The position numbers were made by a program, and so were the translations under genes. DNA of 64,000 nucleotides from NCBI GenBank assembly GCA_964019335.1, contig OZ025709.1, positions 124,001 through 188,000 of the forward strand, given 5' to 3'. The notes under the pieces are model-generated. The model made no database searches and was not told where the DNA came from. It saw nothing but the letters and a program-made list of their open reading frames with translations. Source of the stretch: Diplonema japonicum (Eukaryota > Protista > Euglenozoa: Diplonemea). The first letter of the stretch is position 1, and each line of letters starts with the position of its first letter. Shown here piece by piece: positions 23,449-35,571 of this stretch.

Positions 23449-25256
23449 CCATCTACCAACGGACCATTTTTGCCCACCAGGGGGTAAATTTTCAAAACTT
23501 CAAAAAAAGCTATTCCAGCGCAACGCCGGGGCTATATGCCCCCGGAAATGCCTCCAGATGTCCCAATTCTAGAGAGAGGGTGCCCACAGCAGGGTCCACC
23601 CCCACAACATTGTCAAAAATATCGTTCCTGAAGTGCCCGAGAGGGGATACAAAAAACAAGTCAAAAAAAACCGACTGTAAAATTCTATAAAAAGCTATTT
23701 AAGGCCTTCTTGACGCGGTTCGTATGTGCCCCAGGGCTGGGGGACTTCTTTTTTGACCCCGGGAGGGGTTTCTGGGGGGTATCCCCGGCAAGGTGGTAGT
23801 CTTTGAAGCACGGAGTCACGCAAAGTTGTACCAAGCAGGCTGAACACTGAAATAGGGGTCTTTTCGACTTGCAATGCTTGCACCGCACGTTGCACTACTT
23901 TTTCGGGGAAATGGTCCCAGAAGGTACTGTCACGGCGCATTGGGGTCTCAGAGCACTCGTTCTGTGTTTCGGGGCATGGTATTGGGGCGGCCTGCTCTGT
24001 AGTTGACTTTATCTGTTGTTTAGACTGCCTCCCTAGTAGCCCTTCGATGACTGCCTCTTTGAAAGGCGTAAATCCACTGTCGTTCGTACTCAGGGCGTTG
24101 GGGGGCAAGGCTTCTTTCCAAACAAGCCAAGCATTCGCCAGAGATTTACCTAACAAGTACAAAAATACTTTTAGGGGCCACTTTTAAGTCATAAGGGAGC
24201 GTTTATGGTGTTTTGTCACAGCATCACCCAGCGTCGGTTCCGCCCATTGCGGTGTTGTAAATATGCACTTGGTGGGGGGCGGGATGTCCTTTCCGGCTTT
24301 CATTCTCTTTTGGCGGACACGTCAAATTCGACTTCACCGGAACATCCAACGTCGATAGAAAGCACGCTGGCATGATGTCATGCCACGTTGTGGTGCAAAG
24401 GATGCTCGCGTGCTGGTGGAACTGGGTGTCCCCACGGGATGCGCGTCCTTGGCATGCGGCCTCGCTTCTTTGGGGCATCCATGATCTCCGGGAGGCCTTT
24501 GCGATAAGTAGAAGTCAGCACGCTTGTTTGTTTCGCTGTGGAAACACAGATTTCCCAGAATAGTCAAAAAGCGGTCTCTTGACATGACATTGGCGTACCC
24601 AGGGGTGTAGTTGAGAGACGTGGAGCCAGTGTGCCAGTAATCAGAATAATCTGGCTTGATATCCAAGTCCATCGACAAAAGGACACCTAGGAAGGCATGC
24701 AGAGAAGCAGCATCGAGATCCAGGGAGACACCTTTTTTAGCCGCATTTGCCACATTGTTCCAAGTTATGACCCGAATAACGTTTGGGACGAGCATTTGGA
24801 GAATATATGGTATGGCATTGAGCCTTTGATGTCAAAACAGGGTCCACAAGGATTTCGATCTTCACGAAACCGGATGCCTTCCAACTGCTCCGGCTTTGCC
24901 GTCCAATCACCCTGCTGTGACTAGGAATCGGTCGAATTCGTATCAGAATCACTGTTTGTATCAAAATTGCATAATAGGGATGAGCCATCAGTGCTGCCAT
25001 CACTCATGACGTCCTCTTCCGGCCCTCTTTCCGGGCGCCTTTTTTTGAAGTGATTTTTAAGGGTAAATTTGGGCTGGCGTTTTTTTTCATTTTTTCATTT
25101 TCTTGTTAAGTTAGGGCAGCATTTAGTTTATTTTTTTCATATTTTCCGCGCAGGACCCCGCCGGCAAGAAAGGGCCGGGCCGTATTGCATTGAAAGCCCT
25201 TTGCGTAAAAGATTTTTTTTCAAATCGTCTATATATAGACGCTCGTTGATAGATGG
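23449..25256 (-). mobile_element. piggyBac-family DNA transposon, non-autonomous, copy 2 (inverted)
   Basis: TTAA at 23445-23448 and 25257-25260. Same 1808-bp length as copy 1, and all ORF-track translations are identical. Confidence 0.92.
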
Positions 25257-25554
25257 TTAATTCATTTTGGGAGGGGAACAGTTTTCTTGACCTGGTCCCG
25301 TCAAAGGTTTTCATAAATCCCAAAAAAAAAAAAAACTCAAAGATCCCCCCTGTACTTTAGTTTCGAAAATGTTCGAAAATTCCCTTGATCACAAGAGTAC
25401 AACTGCACGTACCCTCACAAGAATATGCTGATGCCGGCTGATGCCACGAAGAAATGCACGTTGTGTAAATAACAAAAGAAACAGGGGGGGGGGGGGGGGG
25501 GGGAGATTCGAAAGGAAAGAGATAACACCACTATTCGGTGAAGGGGGGAAAAGA

Positions 25555-26667
25555 TTAGCCAATGGAAGAAAGATTGGTCATCGCTTTCAAATCGACGGTT
25601 TCTAGTTTTTTGCACCCTGACAAGAAGCGATGACCAATGGAAGAAAGATTGGTCATCGCATTCAAATCGATGGTTTTTAGTTTCACGCACCCTGACAAGA
25701 AGAGATCACCAATGGAAGAAAGATTGCTCATCGCTTTCAAATCGATGGTTTCTAGGTTTACACACCCTGACAAGAAGCGATCACCAATAGAAGAAAGATT
25801 GGTCATCGCATTCAAATCGATGGTTTCTAGTTTCACGCACCCTGACAAGAAGCCATGACCAATGGAAGAAAGATTGGTCATCGCATTCAAATCGATGGTT
25901 TCTAGGTTTACGCACTCTGACAAGAAGCAATGACCAATGGAAGAAAGATTGGTCATCGCTTTCAAATCGATGGTTTCTAGGTTTACGCACTCTGACAAGA
26001 AGCCATGACCAATGGAAGAAATATTGGCCATCGCTTTCAAATCGATGGTTTCTAATTTTACACACCCTGACAAGAAGCCATGACCAATGGAAGAAAGATT
26101 GGTTGTCGCATTCAAGTAGATGGTTTCTAGGTCTTCGCACCCTGACAAGAAGCCATGACCAATGGAAGAAAGATTAGCTATCGCTTTCAAGTTGACGCTT
26201 TCTAGGCTTCTGCAGCCAGCCAAGAATTCTGAATCAATACTTGTAACACAGCCTGTGGTGTCGGTGACAATGAGGAATCGAAATCCAATAGGAAAGTCCC
26301 ATGTTTTCATGGACAAGACATCGACAGCTGGAGCGTACCCCACCTCCACCACCAGAACCAGCTCAGGGTCAGCTGATACAAGACCCTCAAGCTCCGAAAC
26401 CACATCTGGGCTCTTAAGCTCCTCCAGCTGAACGGTTCTCATCTTCGCCTCCACATGGACCACGCTGCCCTCCACGAGCCCAAGTTCCTGAACTTCCTCA
26501 CCCCTGTTCCTGTCAAGGACCTTTCCCTCCCAAACCAATTTGAACTTGCCTTCGAGTAAACCAGCAGCACACCCCGCCTTCTTGTACAGGATCCCACTTG
26601 TTTCTGTCCCTGCCACTTCCACGTCGTGAACCCCAGCTTTCGTCTTCACAAACACTGTGATGCTCAT
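25555..26667 (-). CDS. Ubiquitin-like domain + leucine-rich repeat protein
   Basis: N-terminal Ubl-like (ITVFVKT...FKLVWEGKVL...LGLVEGSVVHV) followed by ~9 copies of NLSSIGxxFLSGCxxLETIDLxAMx. Confidence 0.8.
   Translation of the reverse strand: MSITVFVKTKAGVHDVEVAGTETSGILYKKAGCAAGLLEGKFKLVWEGKVLDRNRGEEVQELGLVEGSVVHVEAKMRTVQLEELKSPDVVSELEGLVSADPELVLVVEVGYAPAVDVLSMKTWDFPIGFRFLIVTDTTGCVTSIDSEFLAGCRSLESVNLKAIANLSSIGHGFLSGCEDLETIYLNATTNLSSIGHGFLSGCVKLETIDLKAMANISSIGHGFLSECVNLETIDLKAMTNLSSIGHCFLSECVNLETIDLNAMTNLSSIGHGFLSGCVKLETIDLNAMTNLSSIGDRFLSGCVNLETIDLKAMSNLSSIGDLFLSGCVKLKTIDLNAMTNLSSIGHRFLSGCKKLETVDLKAMTNLSSIG
25558..26230. repeat. 75-bp coding tandem repeat (~9 units) encoding 25-aa LRRs
   Basis: CCAATGGAAGAAAGATT...CTGACAAGAAG recurs with 75-bp period. 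Confidence 0.9.
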
Positions 26668-27096
26668 TTTCCTCGTTGTTTTTACTCCTCTTTCTATCCT
26701 CGTCCCCCCCCCCCCCCCCCTGAAATAATATTGAGGAAACCTTACCACCCCCCCCCCCCCCCCCCCCCAGGGCGGAAATATGCGAAAAATGAACTGGTAC
26801 GTTTTGAGTAAAACACGGAGAAAACTCAATTTCTTTTTTCACCAATCTTTTTCTGGCGGTACTTCTAAGGTAACACACGCCGGTTATTGGCAACAAGACC
26901 GTCCAGCAGCGGAATCTGCGAGACAGACGAGGTATGCATGCTTTAAGTAGTTAGGCCGAGAAGGGTGGATGTAAGAGATGACAGACACGAATACGTGGCT
27001 GCAGCTCAGAAGCAAAGGTTTTTTTTAAAAAAAATGACACTCGGAGGGGTTTCCCTCACCCCCGCTTTTTTTTCTTTTCTTTGTTTCACTACAACC

Positions 27097-28061
27097 CTAC
27101 ACCCTGGCCGCGACAACAGTGACGTCGTCAGGCTTGCGAGGCCGCGTGCTGCTTGCGACTACAATCTGGTGAGCAAACTGACTGAGGTCGGGGATATCCC
27201 TGGCTATCGGCTCGATCTATTTTATTTTTTGTTTCAACTAAAAAAAAAAAAAAATATTCACTATGACAAGAAACGAAGTGGTTGGCAACCCCCCACAAAA
27301 AAAAAATCACACCTGATCGAAATCCACATTGTCCCACACACCATCGGTAGCTAGCACAAGGATGTCACCCGGAAGCACCTCGAAGGCAGTGTTCGTGGCC
27401 TCGTACGGCTCCGTCTATAATTTTATTTTATTTTACCCCCGCCCTTTTTTTCCTCCCTTCTCTCTCATACCTGGATATAATTCTGGTCGGACATCGACTT
27501 CGGCACCACCGCCAACTGCATTGGAGCGTTGTAGCCTTGCCGTTGCGGGTCAGAGGATTTGATGATTTTGCCTTCTCTGAGAAGGATGAAACCAGAGTCG
27601 CCCACGTTGGTGGTGAGGATCATTTGTTTCGTAGTGTCATCTTCGTCGTGTCGGACTTCACGGAGAGAAGCAAGACAAGCAGTGGTGCTGCCTGCAGCCA
27701 CTTCTTTCCCGTACTTGACCTTCCAGTACCCTTCCGCGAGGAGCCATTGGGGGGTGATGTATTTTTGTTTCGAGATTTCGGCGCAGTTTGTCATGACGCC
27801 CCTTGCGATTTCACCCGGGTCGACCCCTGCGGACCTCCACCCACCCACACCGTCTGCCACCCCCACGCTAGACATCATGTCCTCGCAGATGAAGAAGCTG
27901 TCCTCCCCGCACTTTGCCGGGTCCGTAGAAAAGTCGGCCTTCCCCTTCCCCTTACCCCATCCCACCACCTGTGAGAACCTCGAGAACCCCAACAGCGTCT
28001 TGTCTTTTGACGCTTCCCGCGTGCTCCACCTCACGCCCACCCTCGTTACTCTGGCCAGCAT
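27097..28061 (-). CDS. PTC7: PP2C-family phosphatase PTC7 homolog, probably mitochondrial; exons 28061-27471, 27414-27313, 27216-27097
   Basis: GEDSFF, GVADGVGGW, GSTTAC, NVGDSGF, LATDGVWDN and KPDDVTV motifs after splicing; Arg-rich presequence-like start. Confidence 0.88.
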
Positions 28062-28143
28062 TATGTTTCCTTTTGTTAGTCTTTGTTGCGAATTTAGAAA
28101 GAAAAAAAAAATGAAATAGAAAGAAAGAAAGAAAAAAAACTGC

Positions 28144-31100
28144 TTACACAGTCGGAAACATAGGGAATTCTCCCTCTTCTTCCTCTTCCTCCGCGTGGGC
28201 CGTGTTCCCTTCTTCTTGAGACGGGAGCGTTGCAGGGGGGAACGGGAATAGTTCATCGTCGTACGTGGTAGTGGTTGTGGTAGGCACTTCTGCGGCAGTC
28301 GCCGCGGGTGCACCAAACAGGTCGTCCAGATTGTCGGTACTAGTTGCAGGAGCAGCAGGGGGTGCACTGAATAGGTCGTTGGCTGCAGGTGCTTGAGCGG
28401 ATAAATAACTTGGGGCACCAAACAAATCATCACCCGCCGCCACGGGTGCGTTACCGCTCGATGTTGGGCTTGCACTGTCACTCGCAGGGAACACAGGTGC
28501 CGCCCCGAACAAATCACTGCCTTCTGGTGACCCACTAGGGGCAGGCATCTGTGCTGTGAACAAATCATCAGCAGGTGCGCTGCTGCTAAATAAGTTCTCG
28601 TTGCCCGAAGCAACCGCTTGTGCCTGTGCCCCGAACAAGTCTGTCTCGGGCGGGATTCCGTCTTCGTTCACTGGCGCGGTTCCTACGGACTCCGCTTGGT
28701 ATGGTTTATCTTCTGTTGCTTCTGCGGAAGTTTCAACAAGTGCGTGCACACCATCACCATCTGCACCATGCAGATTTTCGCCATCTTCCGTTTGCGGCAC
28801 TTCCTCCAGCGTGCTTGCACCGTCGATCACAAAGGGCGCAGGTGCTTCAAACAAGGTCTCGTTGCCTCCACCCTCTTCTGGCGCAGCCTCCGGCTCCCGC
28901 CGAGGATTTGACTGAAAGGCACTGTCATTCACATCTGATGCAAGTTCTGCCTCTTCAGCAGGCAGCTCCATGGTAGGACTTTCTTCCTGTGCGAGTTTTT
29001 CATCTGCTTCATCTGCTTCCTCTGTTGTGTCGGTTTTTTTGGGGACCGCACTCTCTGCTTGTTCGGAAAGTGGGGCAGGAGAGGCTGAGTCATCATGCTG
29101 CGCAGGCGCACCAAACAAGTTTTCATTACTAGAGTCTTGTTCTGCTGGAACCGCTTGTGCCTCGAGTGATGGACCAGCGTCAGTGTTTGCGTCAAGCTCT
29201 TGGGGCTGCTGGATGTCCTCCACAGGAATAGGGGAAGCTGAAGGGAATACAGGTCCTGCTTCTTGTTGTACAGCATCGGATACCGCAGGAGCATCGAACG
29301 TGTTCTCCAGTGGACTCGCAGGTTCTTCTTGTTGCTCTTCTACAGGTGCAGGGAAGACAGGCACTTCTTCAGGTGGTGCACCAAACAGGTTCTCGTTACT
29401 AGTAGCTGAGGGGAACAGTACCCCTTCCTCAGCTGGCTCAGACTGCAGTGCAACGGCAGGAAACAGATTTTCAGGAACTGCTGATTCCCCGGCCTTGTCT
29501 TCTGCTGGGAACGAGGGGGGCTCACCGAACAAGTTCTCCTCAGCAGCTATCGCTGGCGAGCCGCCCGATACATCTGCCCCCTCAGCGGGGAGGGAAGCCG
29601 CACCAAACAAATCCCCTGTACCGAACAGGTTCGCATCCGGTGTGGGCTCCGGGAACAGCGACCCTTCCCCTGGTACTCCCTCGCTCTGAGTGAACAGGTT
29701 CTCGGCAGGTGGCGGAAAGGATGAGGCATCGTCATCTTCGGGCTTTACGTTCTCTCCGAATAAGTTGCTGTCCCCTCCCTGCCCCTGCCCCTGCTCCTGG
29801 GGTGCTGAAAACAAGTCTTGAGCTGGCTCTGGGAATTCAGGCTTTTTTTCCGCTTCACTAGAAGAATGAGAACTCGCGTCGTCACGGGGTGCCGCTGTTG
29901 GAACACCGAATAAGCTGCTGTCTCCCTGCCCCTCCTGGGGTGCTGAAAACAGGTCTTGAGCTGGCTCTGGGAATTCTGGTTTTTTCTCCGCTTCACTAGA
30001 AGAATCAGAACTCGCGTCGTCACGTGGTGCGGCCGCTGGAACACCGAATAAGTTGCTGTCCCCTCCCTGCCCTTGCTCCTGCTCCTGCTCCTGGGGTGCT
30101 GGAAAAAGTCCTTCGGCAGGTTCCGGGAAAGCAGGCACTTTCTCGGGTTCTCCTGAAGAATGAGAACTCGCGTCGTCACGGGGTGCCGCTGCTGGAACAC
30201 CGAACAAGTCGTTCCCATCTGTTTGTAGAGTCGCTGACGGAAACAGGTCATCAGACGGCGGCGGGAACGCAATGTCACCAGCGGGTGCTCCGAACAAGTT
30301 TTCACCGGGCACAACTTCCGGCTGTCCACCGAACAGATCGCTGCTCTTCTGAGGGGGGAACAGGTTCCCTGCCGGGAAGGCGGGTTCGTCGCCTGACGAA
30401 GAACTGTCATTGCGTGGTGCTTCTGCGGGTGCACCGAACAAATTAACGCCGTTGTCTTGAGGTGCTGAGAAGAGGTCCTCAGAAGGTGGTGGGAAGGAAG
30501 GCACATCGTGCGGTTTGCTCGCCGGTTCCCCGCTCGACGCGGAGCTGGCAGCATCACCCGCTGCGCTATTGAACAAGTTATTACCCTGAGGGGGTGCGGA
30601 AGAGAACAAGTTCTCAGAGGGCGGTGGGAAGGCTCCTGTGTCAGCGGGCTCACCAAACAAGTTAGGTTCGGCTGCAGGCGGCGCGGTGGAGAAGAGATTT
30701 TGTGAACGGGCACCAAACAGGTCGGGGTCTCCAGCAGGTATAGAAGACTGTGCACCAAACATATCGTTAGCAGGTGCAGGAACCGAACCCGTCAATATAT
30801 CTTTCTTCTCATCCTCTAAATTCGTTGTCCCAGTTCGTATGGCAGCCCATGGGTCGAACTCCGGAGTGTTCGCAACCGGTGGCACCCGGGTCGCCTGCAT
30901 GACATTGTTATGCCTGGCCTTTAGCGCCTTCCATTCAGACATGGCATCTTCACTCGATGGAAGGACGGGAGGGTCACGGAGGGCGTCCTCAGCAACGTAA
31001 GGATGAAGCTCTGTCGTGTCTGAGATCCTCGCAAAGAAAGAGTTGAACGAAGGGTGGCAGGTGACGAGGTCCGAGGAAAGTTGGCTGCTGGCCTGGATCA

Positions 31101-34100
31101 ACCAGGACAGCACAACGCAGTTTTTCTGCAAGGACGGGATAGATGCAGGGGTGCATTGGTACCCGCACGTGGATCCCTTCACGCATTGGCCTCCTACAGA
31201 CATGCTTGACACCGTTAGGGACAGGACTTCACTCCCGTCGTTGGGTTCCTCACCGCGCAGTCCGCAGAAAAATACACAAGAAATGTTCTCATCGGGTCCT
31301 GCGTCAACCGCGGTTGTGTACTGTGGTGTAATGTCAACGAAGGGGGTGTCACACATCTCCCAGTCGATGCGTTGCTTTATCGCAGCCACGTCTCCGTCCA
31401 CGTGAATGGTGTAGAATCTGCTCGAGACAGGGAGGTACGGGAGCAGCTGGTTGGCGTTTGCAGCGGGGTACGCCAGCAAGGGGTGTTTCTCAACCATCAG
31501 ATGCTGCAGCTGCAGCGGGACAAAATCGCAATGAAGCTGTTAATAAATATTTTATAAAAAAAAAAAAAAAAAGAAGAAAGAATCCACCACACCCTAACAA
31601 CGTTCCCTGTCGCTGCGTCTTGAATCATCCCGAACGCGTCGTTCTCCTCGCCCTCCCCATCACCATCCTCAGGGATCTCCAGATCCACCATCGTGCTGAA
31701 GCCCATCCCGACGGTGTGCGATGCAATCATGAATATCCGAACGATTTCAGTGGATCCCCCAGGAGGGAGCTGCGTTATTTTATTTTCATTATTATTATTA
31801 TTATCTTTTTTTTTAAATACCCTGGTGACCACGTCGGACCGATTTGTCGCCTTTACACCACCCTCTTGAGACTGCGATGAGAGCTGTGTCGTGATGGGTT
31901 TGAACATGGGCACCATGTGCCCCGTGCATCCGATCGTTGCCCGGACATTCTTCAATGTAATGTGGGTGGCGTTCGATATCGAAAGACACACATCAACCCG
32001 AGAGCCTTGCCAAGAGTACGTGCTGAGTATCTGAACAGGATCGTCCGGCGAGGTAATCACGGTTGAGTAAGTAGGGTGGACAACAGGGGATCTTGGGAGG
32101 AGCTCGGTGATGTTGGAATGTTTAAAAAACTTCAACCCGAAGGCACGGATATGCATTAGAATCTCATGGGTTTTCAAGTGCAGGTGAATATCAGCCGGGG
32201 AGAGGTCATGGTGCAGGGCAGGATGGTGTTCGCTGAAACCAGGGACTCCACACTCGGTCAACTCTTTCAAAGTCAAACACTTCGCACCGTTACGGACTTT
32301 TTCTCGGATTTTGTCCAGTTTGTGTTTGACCGACATCAAGACATGCGGCGCGGTGGCGGACTTCGTCCTGTCGCGCATTACGTTTTCGATTGCGGAGTCC
32401 GTCTCTTCCCAGATCTTCTCGCCTCGAATGGCGCCGAATGACATCAATGCGTGGAACAACGCGAGTGACAAGGTTTCCCTTTCGTCAACCATGTACTGAG
32501 CGCAGCCTTGCGAAAGCCTTTTTATGATGCCCGACTGAAGATACAGCCCCATTTCAACCATGGACTCCGGAAGCTCGGCGACAGTCGGCATTAGTGCTGC
32601 CGCGGTGCACAGCAGCCCCACCTTTGTTACTGTTCGGCATGCTTTCCCGATCTCCCCGTTTAAAAGTATCGAGCTGAATTCGTGCTGGGTGGCAATGTGT
32701 ATGTCTGTAATGGTTTCCACCCATTGAGCGTGTTGCTCTGTTGTGGCCGTTTGTTTCATGTTTTCAAACCGTTCAACAACTTTCAACATGCATTTCAACG
32801 CGTTGTGCAGGGGAGCGACGTGGCCAGCCTTGTCTTGACCCCATGTGAAGCATCTTATGACCATGCCTGTAACTACCATTCCTATAGCGATCCAAGCCGT
32901 GTTCATTTCAAGGTTTGTGCTAGGGATTGAATTGAGAATTTGCATCACGGTTGTGGTGATGGTGTAGACGGCCTGTTCCTTTACATTGTTCGTGCTCCAC
33001 ATCGGGTGCGCCTTCAGCGAGGACAGCTCCAGGTACAACGCAACTGACAGCGGTACCCCCTCGGAGAGAGCATTCGCGACATGCGCCAACGTTAATTTCA
33101 TAACCTTATCAAACCCGGCTACAAATACAGTGAGGCGAACCGCAGAATGCTGTTTGCCTTGATATGACAATGGGAGGTCAAGGTACCGTTTTACGCAGCC
33201 CCATTGAAGATGAGGAGGCAGTCGAGGCAACAGATCTGTTACACTTGACACGAGGCATTTTGTTGTCTCAGGGTCCATCCCGCCAAACGACAACAAAGCG
33301 ATGAACGCCTGCGCGGTTTCCCACAAAAGGTGCACGGGGAACCCAAACGATCTATAGTACGGTTGCAGGAGAAGCTGTTCGAAAGCAGTCGTGTGTCCTT
33401 CCATGCAAGGCTTTGAACAGAACTGCGCGATCTTCAAAATGCATTCTCCGGATGTGATTACCATCGACGGGACGTGTGCGTAGCTAAGGCATTTCTGAAG
33501 CTCTGTTTCAGCGAATGCGACCGGGGTTCGCTCTAGATTATTTGCTCTCTTGTGGATCTCAATGCATAAAACGGTTAATGATGATAAAGATGAACGTCTT
33601 GTTTTGACCGACATGTTCCCCATTCTGCGTGAAATTCTGAAGAAATCTGGGGCGACGGTGTTGATTACATGGGCGTTGATCTCCTCCTCACTGTTCGGAG
33701 AACAGATGAGCTGGTGCAAAGCTTGAAACGCGACTTCGCTCACAGCGTCAAGAGGGTCGAGGATCAGCTCCAAGATCGTTCTGTAGAAGTTTGACGTGAA
33801 ATATATCGACTGTACCGCTCGGATTTCCCGCGAGCCCCCTTCAGAGTGTCTGGCTGTCTTCATGAACGCAACCAGAACTCTGAGGATTTCCACCCGTACT
33901 TTGCAGTCTTTGTGTTTGAAACAGGAGTCGGATTCGGGTGATGTGAAAAAGCTTCTCAGCCGGGGTTCTTTCTGCGACATCATGTACCTCAATCCGTACT
34001 GCATGACGTCTACTCTGGCGGGTCTTTTCAAATCGGCCAGTACGGCTTTGTAAAGCTGGTCTTCTTCGCCCGACGAGAGCATCCCCGTGCACGCGCTGGC

Positions 34101-34343
34101 AATGGCGTACGCAAGCTTTTTTACCGCGTCGCCTGCCGTGGCAACAGTGCTCCTCGACAGTATCGCGGGCAGCCAGTGAACCACATCTCTTCCTAAATTT
34201 ATCTGGTGGATCACGTCAAGAAGTGCGGTGATCTGAATGGGAGTTTTTTTTTTTTTTTTTCCCCCAAATTTTTGTTGAAAAACCTGTTTTGCCTCGTCCG
34301 TCGAAGAAAGGTCCGACACAAGATTCGCGTATCGCAGATCCAT
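28144..34343 (-). CDS. TPLATE-like (TSET complex) large adaptin subunit with a long acidic DLF/NLF-motif tail; exons 34343-34284, 34232-31821, 31769-31593, 31509-28144
   Basis: The spliced N-terminus MDLRYANLVSDLSSTDEAKQITALLDVIHQINLGRD...KKLAY resembles plant TPLATE as I recall it (MDILFAQIQADLRSNDALRQ..ALLQALQQSAAGRD...KKLAF). A GT-AG intron joins the two long ORFs in frame. Confidence 0.65.
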
Positions 34344-34482
34344 ATATATTTTTTTTTAATTTTTTTTTTCCTTCTTTCTAGAAAGACTCCCCACACCCTC
34401 CTTGTTACACGTGTGGAAGTAGAATGAATGGGGTGGGGGGGGAACGAAAGAAAAAGGAGGGGGAGGGGGAAGGGGGAAGGGT

Positions 34483-34779
34483 TTACATATTCATTTTCTT
34501 CGCAACAGCTTGCATGTATTTCTCCATCATCTGGTTCCCCCGCATGATGCCCTCATGTATTCTTCTCCGTTCGTCTTCTTTCCGGGTTTCCCTCGTGCTC
34601 CCCAACAAAGGGTCATCGTGCTCTGCCGCAAGCGGGCCCACTGAACAATCAGAAGATATAGTGCTTGTCAAGGTGAGGTCTAAGGAAGAGGAGCTGGGAG
34701 AAGAGAGGTCTCTATCTGGCACAGGACTGCCAGGGGTGCTGAGGGGAACCAGCGATTTATGCCGGAGTAGCTGATTCAT
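34483..34779 (-). CDS. Small hypothetical protein (98 aa, Ser-rich)
   Basis: Mixed-composition ORF with the ATG just after an A-tract, like neighbouring genes. Confidence 0.5.
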   Translation of the reverse strand: MNQLLRHKSLVPLSTPGSPVPDRDLSSPSSSSLDLTLTSTISSDCSVGPLAAEHDDPLLGSTRETRKEDERRRIHEGIMRGNQMMEKYMQAVAKKMNM

Positions 34780-35175
34780 GGTTTTTTTTCTCTTTTTTTT
34801 TTTGTCCCTTGTGCAGGGCTCACCCCCTCCCTTCTCCAGCCTTTTTTTTGTATGTGGGGTTTGTGTTACAACAGTGAACATAGAAAAGAATTGCATGTGT
34901 AAAAAGAAAAAAAAAAGGAAAAAAAGGCGGTGTCTAAGGGCAAGAAGAAACACGAAGCAAGCTAAAAAGACCTTTTTTTTTTTTAAATTCCCTTATCACA
35001 AAACCCAGTCCTTCGCCAAGGACACTCCAATATATATCTAGGGAGTTTTTCTTCTTCTTCTTTCTCCTTTTGCTTTTTTTATTCCTCCCTTTCGCCTGTT
35101 TTCCCGATCGTGTTTCCTTTCCCTAAGTTAAAAAAAAAAAGATGGGGAGGGGGAATGGAAAGAAAGTGGGCAACC

Positions 35176-35209
<34 letters not shown>

Positions 35210-35308
35210 ATGGGAACGGTGCACAAGGACAAATAACATAATAAAGAAGGATAAAAAAAAGAAGAAAAAAACACTTCTTTCCCCTCCCTCCCCCCCCTGA
35301 AACTAAAC

Positions 35309-35523
35309 TCATCTGTTTCTTCTCCTGCGGCGTTGTGGCATCTCGTCATGACCAGCAGCGGCCTCCCATTGCTCTGTGCTTCCGTAGCACTCCATGAACT
35401 CCTTCTCCGTGTATGCCATGTTATCTGCTGGGTCAATCCGCTTCTCCTCCGCCTTTTCAATTTTTTTCATGCCAGCAGCGTCCCACTCTTTTGTGCCGTT
35501 ATACGCAGCAATGAAGTCTTCCT

Positions 35524-35571
<48 letters not shown>

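Noticed and set aside
25558-26230. Regular repeats resembling a CRISPR array
   Set aside because: They are contiguous in-frame 75-bp coding LRR units without unique spacers, in a eukaryotic context with no cas genes.
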